A stretch of DNA of 64,000 nucleotides from a virus. This document shows positions 9,601 to 19,128 of the stretch, in pieces. The stretch covers positions 96,001 through 160,000 of the IMG/VR virus record IMGVR_UViG_3300027736_000020; one strand, written 5' to 3'. Made by a program: the position numbers and the translations under genes. The notes below the pieces were generated by a model that searched no databases, was not told where the DNA came from, and worked only from the letters and a program-made list of their open reading frames with translations. Within the stretch, counting starts at the first letter, position 1, and every line of letters begins with the position of its first letter.

Positions 9601-10783
9601 AAATATACCCCGAAAACCTCATCGCGCTCCAAGGATTTGCATTTGGAGCACAAACTGCTTTATGTGGCAAGGCCATGTTTCTTGCTGCAGAATACACATA
9701 CATTGCCAGTTCTGACATCATGTATGTAGAAATAAATGACGCACAAGGTCGTGCGACATGTTTAATAAAATGCATTTCTTGAAAATTTGTGGATATTTGA
9801 CCTATTTTTTTCCCATTCTTGTCGTATATTTCAATGATCCAGCTTTCATCAAGCCCTGTAATGCCCCTGAATGTTCTGCAAGCTATTGAAAAAATTTTTC
9901 TTTTTTGATTATTCTTTATCTCACATCGAAGCGTATGCATGTCTTTATTGACATATTTTTGCCAATTTGAAGATTCTTTTACTTGCTCAAACACATACAA
10001 AAATGAATTTTTCCTGTTTTTCTTTCTTTCGTCCTCAGAAATGAATCCATTTGAATCAAAAATTATGGCTTTTTCCAGAAATTCTGCTTCAGCAATAATG
10101 GTGCTTGTTGACATGTCATTTGCAAGAGACATTTCAAAGTCATGATGGGGATGACGCATTTTTTGCGAAAATGTTGCCCTCATGTTTGGCAAAAAATCCA
10201 TATCCTGCTTTTCATACGACCATACGCCTGTTGAAAGATATGAGCCATCACCCCAATGTTCAGAAGTCTCATTCTCATCTCTGGATGTCATATCGGGATT
10301 TTTTACATAAAAATTGAATTTTCCTTTCTTTTGATAGGAAGAAAGAATATTCATCAGAAGTTTGTATTTTTCTGATATTGCTTTTCCAAATTTCAATATT
10401 TGATCTTTTGTGTAAATGTTTGATATAAGAGAAAGAAGCAATTGAACATCTCCGCTTGGAATATTTTTTTTGTTGCAATATGCGTACAGTTTCATGTAGG
10501 AAAATAATTTTCTTGATATTTCCAACAAATCATTTTCGGAAAAAACCTGAGGAGGAAAAATATTTTTTAGTTCATGCGCAAAAATTAATTCTTGATTCAC
10601 AATTTGCGGATCCTTGTTCAGGAAAGAAGGCAAAACGGAATCAATCGGCAAATTAAAAAATACAGGATCAAGTTTCTTGAACACAGAAATACTGGGAGAT
10701 TGAGCCTTATGCAAAATCTCAGAAAAACTTTTTAATTTGTCTGGAATGGAAAAAAATGGAATTAATGATTGCTTGTTTTCCAT
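6692..10783 (-). CDS. Giant 1363 aa protein with HD phosphohydrolase domain and C-terminal degenerate PARP/ART-like region
   Basis: HD motifs at ~7765-8190: 'VLTHSL', 'AALLHDIGK', 'EEHA', 'IRYHD', 'RCDVDS'. The ART-like call at ~6915-7372 is weaker. Confidence 0.75.
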   Translation of the reverse strand: MENKQSLIPFFSIPDKLKSFSEILHKAQSPSISVFKKLDPVFFNLPIDSVLPSFLNKDPQIVNQELIFAHELKNIFPPQVFSENDLLEISRKLFSYMKLYAYCNKKNIPSGDVQLLLSLISNIYTKDQILKFGKAISEKYKLLMNILSSYQKKGKFNFYVKNPDMTSRDENETSEHWGDGSYLSTGVWSYEKQDMDFLPNMRATFSQKMRHPHHDFEMSLANDMSTSTIIAEAEFLEKAIIFDSNGFISEDERKKNRKNSFLYVFEQVKESSNWQKYVNKDMHTLRCEIKNNQKRKIFSIACRTFRGITGLDESWIIEIYDKNGKKIGQISTNFQEMHFIKHVARPCASFISTYMMSELAMYVYSAARNMALPHKAVCAPNANPWSAMRFSGYISYVPSSSIGQVASKVSIIAPSYFPTRSMNPIANILDKQSHEMKNELLNPNIWWHTFLTGAIVKAISENSYRVEYPGSNFHVDVHWQHISKGHIVTLFNNFFEQVQEIFIAAEEEDRENIIGLVALAKAMKIKNAPDFTDFEYTVNNEILFEASLENMKSESILGKRVAPATITIPSVPISYSINDASSIIVKYGNMERVNGNLTDYVSIFEKNELLSLSPENNTIQDYKEFFSIVSNFYESQIISSKIKDQESAVKLINFVPIIHAVHTTAMNAKDKMLVPSLIKVTEFDIPANASDKKTYFDFIKVDNQKFNFSYSVRLHAERISKETPSPSKTKKVVPSDFSKIYSFSISCTDNNGNPIFLYKPERQFAFGNVSIFSSLQMIVCGYLPDFIFWVNTEGINAQKNMRISSGSYAKTSEKLFSASKTDTIEWEMPFLPDNTMMSAQYETVKSWLTRQFPSLKGMQQGPGHKNIDVLTHSLNCATLVDVTRPNGYCPAKEIQNDRSIRVLRVAALLHDIGKASREDGGVGGVSEEHAKYSSILAESFASEFFFNPEEKKMFMKIIRYHDAFGKAQTGKLGSVDDAISHLAKIAGDQHTAQMLYHVYRCDVDSIPEFGIEGKNVSEEISEHTFVSPEILLQMICEYMQINKFFPVNIEQIWESEKSMMAGKKIPTQNRKTILSGEFVQKVNDFNDGIPLFYGESVLHSYNPQYFKKMKTVINQIKTNPAISYARDLGMSYDGATGSIARCFVWTNKNSVNNMFFLGMKNYLGLSYSGLHALVNSPIKNKESIASIMSSINNYEKIVDDKYMIVFDYHMGKVIMQKDLEETYLAWKKWKQSKNGSSLFSLTLTNNDMFDMEKVALHMGYSTIINNDGTIVCADSSRIAIIGAYEVRANTSEVAPSDMASEKYYGDNPATISVLLPMGNKEKVLLPKLDHSEIFISNNHTHFLSNNVWNAKPMEEQPEKNMSR

Positions 10784-10791
10784 TTGTAGTT

Positions 10792-11457
10792 TTACTCTTT
10801 CGTGTGTTCAAGAAATGCTAGGTTAGGAGAATTAAAAAATATATTGCTTTCATATACTGGCCAATACTCCAATGGACTTGCGTTAAACATGATATGATCA
10901 GGAGCATGCGTTATTATACCATTACCATGAATTGCCAACGAAGCTCTGTGATGTTCATGCGCCAGATATTCACCGGCAATTCGTAATGCTTCTTCTTTTG
11001 TGTCTTTTCCATATTTGGCAATTTCACACACTACAGGATGATGATTTGCTTCCCTCAGAATAATTAACGTTGTTCCATCATCATTGATAATTTGTACTTT
11101 TAAATTTGATGATCCAAATGTAAAAGTTTTGCAAGGAAGGTTGCCCATTGCAGAAGTTGATGATTCGTGATCTTGGTGTAATTTTTCTGTCATCTGTTTT
11201 GCAAGATCGTGTAATTTTCCGTGCTTTATTTTTTCATTGGATATTCTGTAGGATCCGTCATCATAATGTTCGGATTCCAATCCGTGAACAAGTACTTTTT
11301 TCAAATCTTTTATGTTTGATGTTGTTTCATGCAATTTTTTATGAGGATGAGAATCATGAAATGATCCAATCATGTAGCTAATTTTTCCGGAGGGCAGAAG
11401 ATTCCAATGTCCAAGAGCAGGACTCAATATGTTGGAAAAATTCATTATGGATTTCAT
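10792..11457 (-). CDS. Hypothetical His-rich protein
   Basis: 221 aa ORF packed between neighbours, upstream AAGGA site. Confidence 0.7.
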   Translation of the reverse strand: MKSIMNFSNILSPALGHWNLLPSGKISYMIGSFHDSHPHKKLHETTSNIKDLKKVLVHGLESEHYDDGSYRISNEKIKHGKLHDLAKQMTEKLHQDHESSTSAMGNLPCKTFTFGSSNLKVQIINDDGTTLIILREANHHPVVCEIAKYGKDTKEEALRIAGEYLAHEHHRASLAIHGNGIITHAPDHIMFNASPLEYWPVYESNIFFNSPNLAFLEHTKE

Positions 11458-11470
11458 TTTTTTTCCTTGA

Positions 11471-14400
11471 TCACGAATTTGCGGAACTTATTTGAGTGCA
11501 AGCGTTAAAAAATGGTTCACTTTGGTCGCCATTGATATGTCCAAGTATTTTTTTTGTCCATTCCGTAAAAGACAAAGTTACTCTTGCTGGATCTTTAAAT
11601 ACATCGTCGGGTATTTGGTCAGTATTTTTGCCATAATTTGAAAACCCTCCCCTAAATATGTATTTTACTTTTCCTGTTTGAGTATCCATGTGTTCTTGAA
11701 GCTCTTGACTTATTTGTTGAGGCATTGAAATGCCCATGTTTTCTAAATATTTTTTGTAAACATCTCCTCCTGTTGATCCATCATATTCTGAAGTAAGAAA
11801 AGTTCTCCAAAACATTGCTTTCATCATGCGATTTTGTTCGTTTTCGTCATCTGTTTCTTCCCGAATTCTTGCAACCACATCTGCTCTTGTGATGGGTGAA
11901 TCCGGACTATCAGTTTCCAGTTTTTTTTCTTTTATTCCATCAAAAAGTTTTCTTCTTATTCCTTCAAAGTCAGAATTATTTGCCCAATTCTCATACATTT
12001 CTTTTTCTTTGCTGTACACGCCATAGAGAGCAAGTACTTTGGATGATTCATCGTCAAAAGTTCCTATTCCCGCAGGACGAGTGCCAGTATTGGGAGTAAT
12101 TCCAAAATTATCAAAAAGTGAATTTACCTTGGCATTTCTTTCATCTTGCATATCAAGAATAAAATTCCATGTGTTTCTGCCATTGAAATTCAGTGGATTG
12201 AATTGAATTTGACTTTGTCCTGCTGCTTCAGATAGTTTATCAATCCATTGATATTTTTGTTTTTTATTCAAGTCACTAAATTTTTTTCCTTCAACAGTAA
12301 TTATCTTGAAATCGGTTAATTGCAGTCTTTGTGACGATCCATTTGTGTAACTGGAAATTACTTTTTCTATTACACTACGCCTTGGCGTATAACCAATAGC
12401 GTCTCGCGTCAATGTCGAGTCTCTTTCGATTTTTTCTTTCGAAACATCCTCTTTCAATGATTTTCCCTGTATTGATGTTTGATTATTTGGACTATACGAA
12501 GCTTCACAATGTTTGTCAACAATAGCTTTGATTGATTTTATTACAGTATTATACGAACCTCGTTCAGTAACCGGAATATTAGTCGCGAAGTCATCAACTT
12601 CAGGAAAAGGAGCACTACCATTTGGATTTGTTTTTAGATAAACATATCTCATGTATGCTTTTGCAAAGAAAATTGCTTTTTTCTGTTTCAACAATAGTGA
12701 TGGATCTGAAGATGCTAGATCTGAATCCTGTATCCCTGCAACGGCGTCTACATATTTTTTCCCGTAAAGTTGGTCAGTAGCCAATGTCATCAAACCGTCT
12801 ATTTGTTCACTAAGTGGAACGACAGGTGAGGTTCTGTTATTTCCTATATTGTTTGCAAACCCAACATTTGCTGCCATTCCCATTGCCAGATACATATGTT
12901 CCATATCTTTACTGCGATTGCCTGTGGTGGTTGTTCCAATTACAACAAATGTAGAAGGCCTACGTTGTGTTGCCGTCTCAAAATCTTTTCCTTGAAAATT
13001 TACACTGGAAGAAAAACCCAATTCTTTGCTTTTGTCTATTGTTCCACTTTTCCCATTCAAAAGTTTTGTTTTCCATCCATCATCGGTATCAGTATCTTTT
13101 GTTTTAACTGTTGTGTCTTGAGAAGCTCGGGCTTGCGGCAAGAATAAAATGTCATTGGCATCCTTGCTACTTGAAAAAGTTACTGCTGGGACAACCATTG
13201 AAAGATCCTTGCCTGTTGTTGTAAGTGATCTGGTCGGTATGGGAGCAAACATCAATGGACTTTGAGGAACAAAGTAAAGCATTACATTGGATTTGGCAAG
13301 ATTTTTAAACCATTGTTCTGCAAGTCGTGATATTTGTTGCGGTTGGCCAAGAAGACCTGTTATTTCTCTTGCTCTTTGCACTCTTCCGGAATTTATTCCC
13401 GAAAAATCTTCAGAACCATATCCATTATTTCTTCCAAATAAAGTTTGCATGGGAGTAATAAAATTATTTGCTTTTAGTCCCCAAACATGGTTTTTGTTTT
13501 CGTCGAATATTTTCGACAAAAAATTTGATCCGGGAAATACAACCTTTGGTTTTCCCTTGTCGTCACTTATTAATGATTTTACTTGTCTTACGCTGGAATC
13601 TACGGCGTCATCTGTCCAAGGACAATTTATATGTACTTCATCTCCTTTTGAAACAACATTGCTTGTAGATGCAGAATAATCTTCAAATGCATCTTGCGGA
13701 ATATTTTTCTGTGAATCATCATAAGTAAATTCAGGATATTGATCATGAGCATATCCGTCAATGTGACGAGGGTCTAGAGGGCTTCCATTTGGTTCGATAA
13801 CAGGCCCTGTTGATTCCATCAATCCCCTTGCAGACCCATTTATTTTTACTTTGCTAGCAAGGATTTTTTTTCCTCCGGCAATATTTGCACTTGCCTGTTC
13901 TTTGGCAATTGATTGAAATCTTTGTCTTCTTGCCGTATATTCGGCAAGAATAATCATTGATTGCACTTTTCCTGTACTGTCAACATAATTATTGAATTTT
14001 TTTATACCATTTCCGCTTGACACATTTGAAGGATAATAATACGTGTGTTTTGAAATTACAAATTTTTTGCCACCTAATCCTTCTCGAAACATCATTATTT
14101 GCTGGAGCATTACTGGCACTGTTGTTTGACCACCTGTTCTGTTCGTAGTTGTGTATGCTCTTGTTTGTCTTTTTACTTCAATACGAATAGGACTTGATGG
14201 TGCGCCAAGAACATACGTTGAAGATTTTATTCTTGGATCAAATCTCATTCTTTTTAACGATGCAATTCCTATCTGTTTTCTGTCAGATACATTTTCTTCT
14301 TCAGACAAACTTATTCCGTTGTTAAAATCATGAATTTGCTTGTTGCCGCCATATTCCGTAGAATAATTTAAATCATCAACATTCCATTTCCAGTAATTTT

Positions 14401-17400
14401 TTGGTCCGTTTTGCAGCCAAATCCCATTATTGCTTCTTTTTGGAATCACGCCTTTTGCTAGTGCCAAAACTCCTGAATTTCCCGGAGAAGTATCATTTGT
14501 ATCGGCATATATTTTTTTGCCAATTGCCATGGCTCGAACAATTGCTGACATTTTTCTTGAAGAAAAATGCGTTTGAAAAAGAACCAACACATTTGAAAGA
14601 CTTTGCTGAAGCTGCATTGATGGACTGAAACCATTTCTTTTTGTTTCGTTTGAACTTGATGCGTATTGCCAGTCAATTTTAGGTTTCTGAAAGTTTCCGG
14701 GAATTGTTTGCGTTTGTGTTACGTAATCAAACGCTCTTCGAAGAACTTCTGGAGGATATGGTGAAATAACCAAGCTTGATCCATCTCGTTCTATGCCTCG
14801 TTGATAATAATTGTGTTCCCATGATTGACGGACATCTTCTTTCCTGTACGGCGCAATAAATTTTTCTAGAATTGTTCCTCCTTGTCTTGCCTCCTCAAGT
14901 TTTGGTTTTAAATCCATCATCCTTGAGACAAGATCATTGAAAGAAGCGGAAAAATCTCTTTTTCCATCTTCACCTACAGAATATTTTATGCCATATGCTC
15001 CGTTTTCCAGAATAATTCTTTTATTACCGGAAATCAAGATATCTGCAAGCTCTCTTTGTTCATCAGAATAACTGCTTGAGTTTTTATGCCAGCTTTCAGG
15101 ATCGATTGTTGCAAGAATTCTTCCTTGATGAGTGGTGCTTCCTGCTGTTCTCATTGTGCCGGTATCGTAAGTTTTTCCAATTCTTGTTTCCGGTGTCTCA
15201 AACGCAATTGTTCCCAACGACATTCCTGACTGAAGCCTGTTTCTTTTAAGAAGATAATCAGCTGACGGAGATTCTCCGGGAAGCCTTTCTGATATGATCA
15301 ATCCTCCATTTGCAAGTATTTCATTCATGAGAGTAGTTCTCGCAACATCTTTTGTTTGCGAAGCATTAAACAAAACAGGAACATTTTCTGCGTCAGAATT
15401 TAACCCTTCTCCAAGAATTGCAACGGTTTTTCCGTATCCTGAAGGAGTTTTTCCGTCTGGAGACATTGCAAATTTGTGACATATTGAATCTGTTCCGTGA
15501 GCTAATCCACTTATCATCACCCAATTGTTTTGAGCAAATTTTGCTGCAAGTGATGCGGCAAAAACAAATCCATTCCCAATTAATTGCGTACCTTTTTTGA
15601 GATTTGCACCACTCCAACTGCCCGGTTTGTCAGTCCCCATATTTCGCGTACCAACTCCTCCAACAGTTAATGCCTGCCCACTTGCAAGCGAATAAAGAAG
15701 ATTTTGGCCACTTGCTTCCTGTTCCGCATTCAAACCGTTATGACGGATAAATAATAGTTGCGGGGCATCTTCGCCAATGTTTCTCAAAAGCGCGGGATAT
15801 TTTTCCATTGATAATGGAGTGACTATTTCAGTGTTGGTTCTTGCAGCCCAAGCTTTGCAACTTTCTGCAAGATTTTTCAAAATTCCATCTCTTGCCATCG
15901 GTTGCAATGAATAATCTCGAATCATGGACTCAATACCATCATCTGTGATAGAAGAATTTACCTGTTTGATAAATTTTCTTACATCATTTCCCCCATCTTT
16001 AAAAAGTTTTGTTATTTTAGTGTTTAATGCGGTGTCAATCAATCTTTTTTCAAAATCATCCAATGATTCACCGTTAACAAAATTCATTTCTTTTGTTCCG
16101 TTGGTGTAATCCTCCGGGTCTCTATTGAAATCAAATGATTTTTGAGAATCTGGAATAAACAAAACAGGATTGTCAAATTCATTTCTGTTTTCATATATCA
16201 TTTCACTGGGATCAAATCCTGAATATCCTCCATCATACACTTTTGAGGTATTTTCAGGAATTATTGAACACAATAAGAACTGTTGTCCAAATTCTTTTGC
16301 TTTCTGAATTGCATCTAATTCTTTTTTTTCTATTGCCGGAACAATGTGTTCTTCAAATAACTGTTCTATTGTGTCTGCGTTGACATCTTTTACAGTTTGA
16401 TCTGCAGAAATTTCTCTTCTATTGTCTGTAGAGTTTCTAGATATTCTTTCTTTTTCAGCCGTATTATCATCAAGTATCTTGGAGCCTTCACTCCATATTT
16501 GTGTCCATCGAGGATTCGTCCAATGAAGTCCCAGTTTATCCAATGTCATTGCAAGGTTTGTCGCTGCAATTCTTCTTTCCATCTGGCTTTGCGTCAAGGG
16601 TTTTTCCTTGGAGAGAAATGTTCGGGTTCCTTGTTGAGAAGTATTGTCTCTTGAATTTCCGGACGTTACGGTGACCCTTTGCCCTGCGGGTCGAGGAAAA
16701 TCTTCTCCAAGGAATCCTCTTTCGTCGGCAAGCATGCTTTTTAGAACTTCGACTTGATTTTTTCGAAAAGAAGGAATGGGATCTCCAAGAACTGAAGCTA
16801 CACTTTTGGTCGAGGTTATTGCTCCTTTGTTTCCTTTCATGAAATAAACAAGCGGAGAACCTCCCTGTATTCCCTCGTTGTCTTTAACAGGACCAAGTCC
16901 GGGAATCAATCCAGTTATTGCATCAGGCAAATCGATTGAATTTGCAGGCACTATTTGAAAACCGAGCATGTCTGCTGTAATAGCCATTTGATGGGCTTTT
17001 TCAACATGGTTTGATAGTGCTTCTTCGGGATTTTTTTCGCCAAAATATGAAACTCCATTATTTGAAACATGAAGTTTGTGCTCTAATACAATTTTTAAAA
17101 AATCATCAAGTGTGATTGACTTTTCTTCTATTTTTGCACTTTCTCTCGAATCAGCATTTTCATTATATGTTAAGCCATTCAATTCCTGATGTTTTTTGGC
17201 CAATGTATCCATTAAAGCAAACAGTTTTGTTCCTTCTTTGTTTTCATTCAACCAATGGTTATCTTTTATAATATCAGGTCGTTCTATTGTATCTGTTGTT
17301 TGCAGCGGATCTTGTTCTGAATTATATGTATTTCTATTTATGTTATCTTGATCATTAATAAATGATTCTGGAGTCAGGCTTCTTATGTCATCATCTGGAT

Positions 17401-18139
17401 TTTCTTCATCTGCTTGTTTTTGTTCCAGCTCAAGAGTTTCAGGAACATACGGATCTTGTTCGTCTCGTTCATATGATGATGCAGGATCATCTCTTATAAA
17501 TACGGTTTTTGGAACAAGAGACATTATCTCCATTCTCATTTGCTGTATAACAAGCGCCTGTAAAGCCATAGGAATGTATGCTATTCCATCCTTGATTTGC
17601 AATCTTGCTGTTGTTGAGGGTGCATCTTCATTCTTTGGCGAATATTGGAGTTTTTCAGACAATGATCTTACAAAGTCTTCAATATTTCCATGAGTTTCTC
17701 CATTGAGGCCTACTGATTTCAAGTAGTCAAAATTACCTGAAGCGGCTGTTTCAACAGCGGACTTTGCGTTTATTTTTCCTGAACTGGTGACATGAGAATC
17801 TAATCCTCCAACGGTTATCTGTCCATCGTCGTGATAATACGTTGGAACTCCATAATGAAATGCTTCCTCTTCATCTCCGTCAAACTCTTGATCTTGTCTG
17901 TCTTCATGAATGTCAGGCGTGGTTGCATCTCCATGCATATCCGCAACAATTGCAGAGGATTTTCCTCTCTCCGTTGTGACGGATTCATTTTTGGTAATTG
18001 ATCCCGAACTTCTTCCATATACCCATTCCCATGCTTCTGATCCATCCTCATGACGTACGCGTTTCCAAAACCCTACTCCTCCCCTGCTTCCGGGATTTTG
18101 AATTCTTCTGTATGGCTGAGGAAACTGAGGGTTAATCAT
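11471..18139 (-). CDS. Giant 2222 aa polyvalent protein with internal DprA/Smf (SLOG) domain
   Basis: DprA-type motifs at ~15100-15810: 'PQLLFIR', 'VGGVGTRN', 'MISGLAHGTDSICH', 'TVAILGEG', 'GGLIISE', 'RNRLQSGMS', 'TGTMRTA', 'QGR'. Confidence 0.85.
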   Translation of the reverse strand: MINPQFPQPYRRIQNPGSRGGVGFWKRVRHEDGSEAWEWVYGRSSGSITKNESVTTERGKSSAIVADMHGDATTPDIHEDRQDQEFDGDEEEAFHYGVPTYYHDDGQITVGGLDSHVTSSGKINAKSAVETAASGNFDYLKSVGLNGETHGNIEDFVRSLSEKLQYSPKNEDAPSTTARLQIKDGIAYIPMALQALVIQQMRMEIMSLVPKTVFIRDDPASSYERDEQDPYVPETLELEQKQADEENPDDDIRSLTPESFINDQDNINRNTYNSEQDPLQTTDTIERPDIIKDNHWLNENKEGTKLFALMDTLAKKHQELNGLTYNENADSRESAKIEEKSITLDDFLKIVLEHKLHVSNNGVSYFGEKNPEEALSNHVEKAHQMAITADMLGFQIVPANSIDLPDAITGLIPGLGPVKDNEGIQGGSPLVYFMKGNKGAITSTKSVASVLGDPIPSFRKNQVEVLKSMLADERGFLGEDFPRPAGQRVTVTSGNSRDNTSQQGTRTFLSKEKPLTQSQMERRIAATNLAMTLDKLGLHWTNPRWTQIWSEGSKILDDNTAEKERISRNSTDNRREISADQTVKDVNADTIEQLFEEHIVPAIEKKELDAIQKAKEFGQQFLLCSIIPENTSKVYDGGYSGFDPSEMIYENRNEFDNPVLFIPDSQKSFDFNRDPEDYTNGTKEMNFVNGESLDDFEKRLIDTALNTKITKLFKDGGNDVRKFIKQVNSSITDDGIESMIRDYSLQPMARDGILKNLAESCKAWAARTNTEIVTPLSMEKYPALLRNIGEDAPQLLFIRHNGLNAEQEASGQNLLYSLASGQALTVGGVGTRNMGTDKPGSWSGANLKKGTQLIGNGFVFAASLAAKFAQNNWVMISGLAHGTDSICHKFAMSPDGKTPSGYGKTVAILGEGLNSDAENVPVLFNASQTKDVARTTLMNEILANGGLIISERLPGESPSADYLLKRNRLQSGMSLGTIAFETPETRIGKTYDTGTMRTAGSTTHQGRILATIDPESWHKNSSSYSDEQRELADILISGNKRIILENGAYGIKYSVGEDGKRDFSASFNDLVSRMMDLKPKLEEARQGGTILEKFIAPYRKEDVRQSWEHNYYQRGIERDGSSLVISPYPPEVLRRAFDYVTQTQTIPGNFQKPKIDWQYASSSNETKRNGFSPSMQLQQSLSNVLVLFQTHFSSRKMSAIVRAMAIGKKIYADTNDTSPGNSGVLALAKGVIPKRSNNGIWLQNGPKNYWKWNVDDLNYSTEYGGNKQIHDFNNGISLSEEENVSDRKQIGIASLKRMRFDPRIKSSTYVLGAPSSPIRIEVKRQTRAYTTTNRTGGQTTVPVMLQQIMMFREGLGGKKFVISKHTYYYPSNVSSGNGIKKFNNYVDSTGKVQSMIILAEYTARRQRFQSIAKEQASANIAGGKKILASKVKINGSARGLMESTGPVIEPNGSPLDPRHIDGYAHDQYPEFTYDDSQKNIPQDAFEDYSASTSNVVSKGDEVHINCPWTDDAVDSSVRQVKSLISDDKGKPKVVFPGSNFLSKIFDENKNHVWGLKANNFITPMQTLFGRNNGYGSEDFSGINSGRVQRAREITGLLGQPQQISRLAEQWFKNLAKSNVMLYFVPQSPLMFAPIPTRSLTTTGKDLSMVVPAVTFSSSKDANDILFLPQARASQDTTVKTKDTDTDDGWKTKLLNGKSGTIDKSKELGFSSSVNFQGKDFETATQRRPSTFVVIGTTTTGNRSKDMEHMYLAMGMAANVGFANNIGNNRTSPVVPLSEQIDGLMTLATDQLYGKKYVDAVAGIQDSDLASSDPSLLLKQKKAIFFAKAYMRYVYLKTNPNGSAPFPEVDDFATNIPVTERGSYNTVIKSIKAIVDKHCEASYSPNNQTSIQGKSLKEDVSKEKIERDSTLTRDAIGYTPRRSVIEKVISSYTNGSSQRLQLTDFKIITVEGKKFSDLNKKQKYQWIDKLSEAAGQSQIQFNPLNFNGRNTWNFILDMQDERNAKVNSLFDNFGITPNTGTRPAGIGTFDDESSKVLALYGVYSKEKEMYENWANNSDFEGIRRKLFDGIKEKKLETDSPDSPITRADVVARIREETDDENEQNRMMKAMFWRTFLTSEYDGSTGGDVYKKYLENMGISMPQQISQELQEHMDTQTGKVKYIFRGGFSNYGKNTDQIPDDVFKDPARVTLSFTEWTKKILGHINGDQSEPFFNACTQISSANS
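16657..16686. repeat. 30-bp element, copy 1 (ttccggacgttacggtgaccctttgccctg)
   Basis: 29/30 identical to 24975-25004, which lies in a different gene. Confidence 0.9.
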
Positions 18140-18143
18140 TTTT

Positions 18144-18407
18144 TCATTCCTGATCTTCTAACATTTTCTCTTTTTTTATGGAATTTTTTGCATGATCAAT
18201 CTCTTCTTGTGAAGCATTTATTTTAAACAGATATTTTAAATAATTTTCAGCTTCTTCTAGATAAATATTTTTGTTATTTTGATAAAATAATTTTTTATGA
18301 AGTTTTTTCTTCTTGTTGTCCCTGTTTTTTCCTTCAAAATCTTCTTCAGTTTTCTTGGTGTTTTTCTTGCTAGAAATATTTTTTTGAAAAGACATTTTAT
18401 TCTCCAT
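18144..18407 (-). CDS. Small Lys-rich hypothetical protein
   Basis: 87 aa ORF filling the gap between neighbours; low complexity. Confidence 0.5.
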   Translation of the reverse strand: MENKMSFQKNISSKKNTKKTEEDFEGKNRDNKKKKLHKKLFYQNNKNIYLEEAENYLKYLFKINASQEEIDHAKNSIKKEKMLEDQE

Positions 18408-18429
18408 TTAATTTATGAGCAAACATGCA

Positions 18430-19110
18430 TTAGTCATCGTCTTCAGGATAATTTTGGTCGTCTATTCCGTCTTCATCTTGAATTGACCCAACTGCTGGCG
18501 GTCTGTAATGATCCGCAGAAAGAGTATACCCTTCTGGAATTTTTGGTGTTACATCAAAACCAGTGTATGGGTTCAGTTCATTTGGATGAAAATGCTCCAG
18601 AGGATGTATTCCAAGAGGGTTCGATCTCTTTATCTTACCCCGTCTATCTGAGTGCCTACCTGCTGGAGTTCCTTCTATTCCGGGATATTCAGTGTGAACT
18701 CCAAAAAATCCCAATATTGAGTGAGGTTTTGTCTTTTCAGCTTCTGGTGTTATTCTAAGTCCTCTTGTTTGTATCTCTTGCAATTTCTTGTATTCCTCTG
18801 GACTTGGAACGACATTTTGCGAATTGCCAGATAACCGTGCACTTAATCTGGAAAATATTGAAAATTCTCCGGGTGACAATCCCAACAATTCTGGATTCAT
18901 TTCTCCTTTTTTCGCTTCCGTCGATGATGGATAATAAGGATTTATTGGACGGATTGTTCCAGTATCTATTGTACCAGTATCAATTACATTTTCTTCTACT
19001 GAATCGTTAAGAGCGTCGGAAGGTAGTGTTCGGCCTTGGCCTAAATCTTCATCATCATCGTAGTCGTCGTCTATATCTTCAGTAACTGATGATTTTTTAA
19101 AAAAGAGCAT
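18430..19110 (-). CDS. Acidic hypothetical protein with MLFFKKSS N-terminus
   Basis: 226 aa with Asp-rich ends; carries the shared N-terminal tag. Confidence 0.75.
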   Translation of the reverse strand: MLFFKKSSVTEDIDDDYDDDEDLGQGRTLPSDALNDSVEENVIDTGTIDTGTIRPINPYYPSSTEAKKGEMNPELLGLSPGEFSIFSRLSARLSGNSQNVVPSPEEYKKLQEIQTRGLRITPEAEKTKPHSILGFFGVHTEYPGIEGTPAGRHSDRRGKIKRSNPLGIHPLEHFHPNELNPYTGFDVTPKIPEGYTLSADHYRPPAVGSIQDEDGIDDQNYPEDDD

Positions 19111-19128
19111 TTTTTAATCCTAGTCTTT

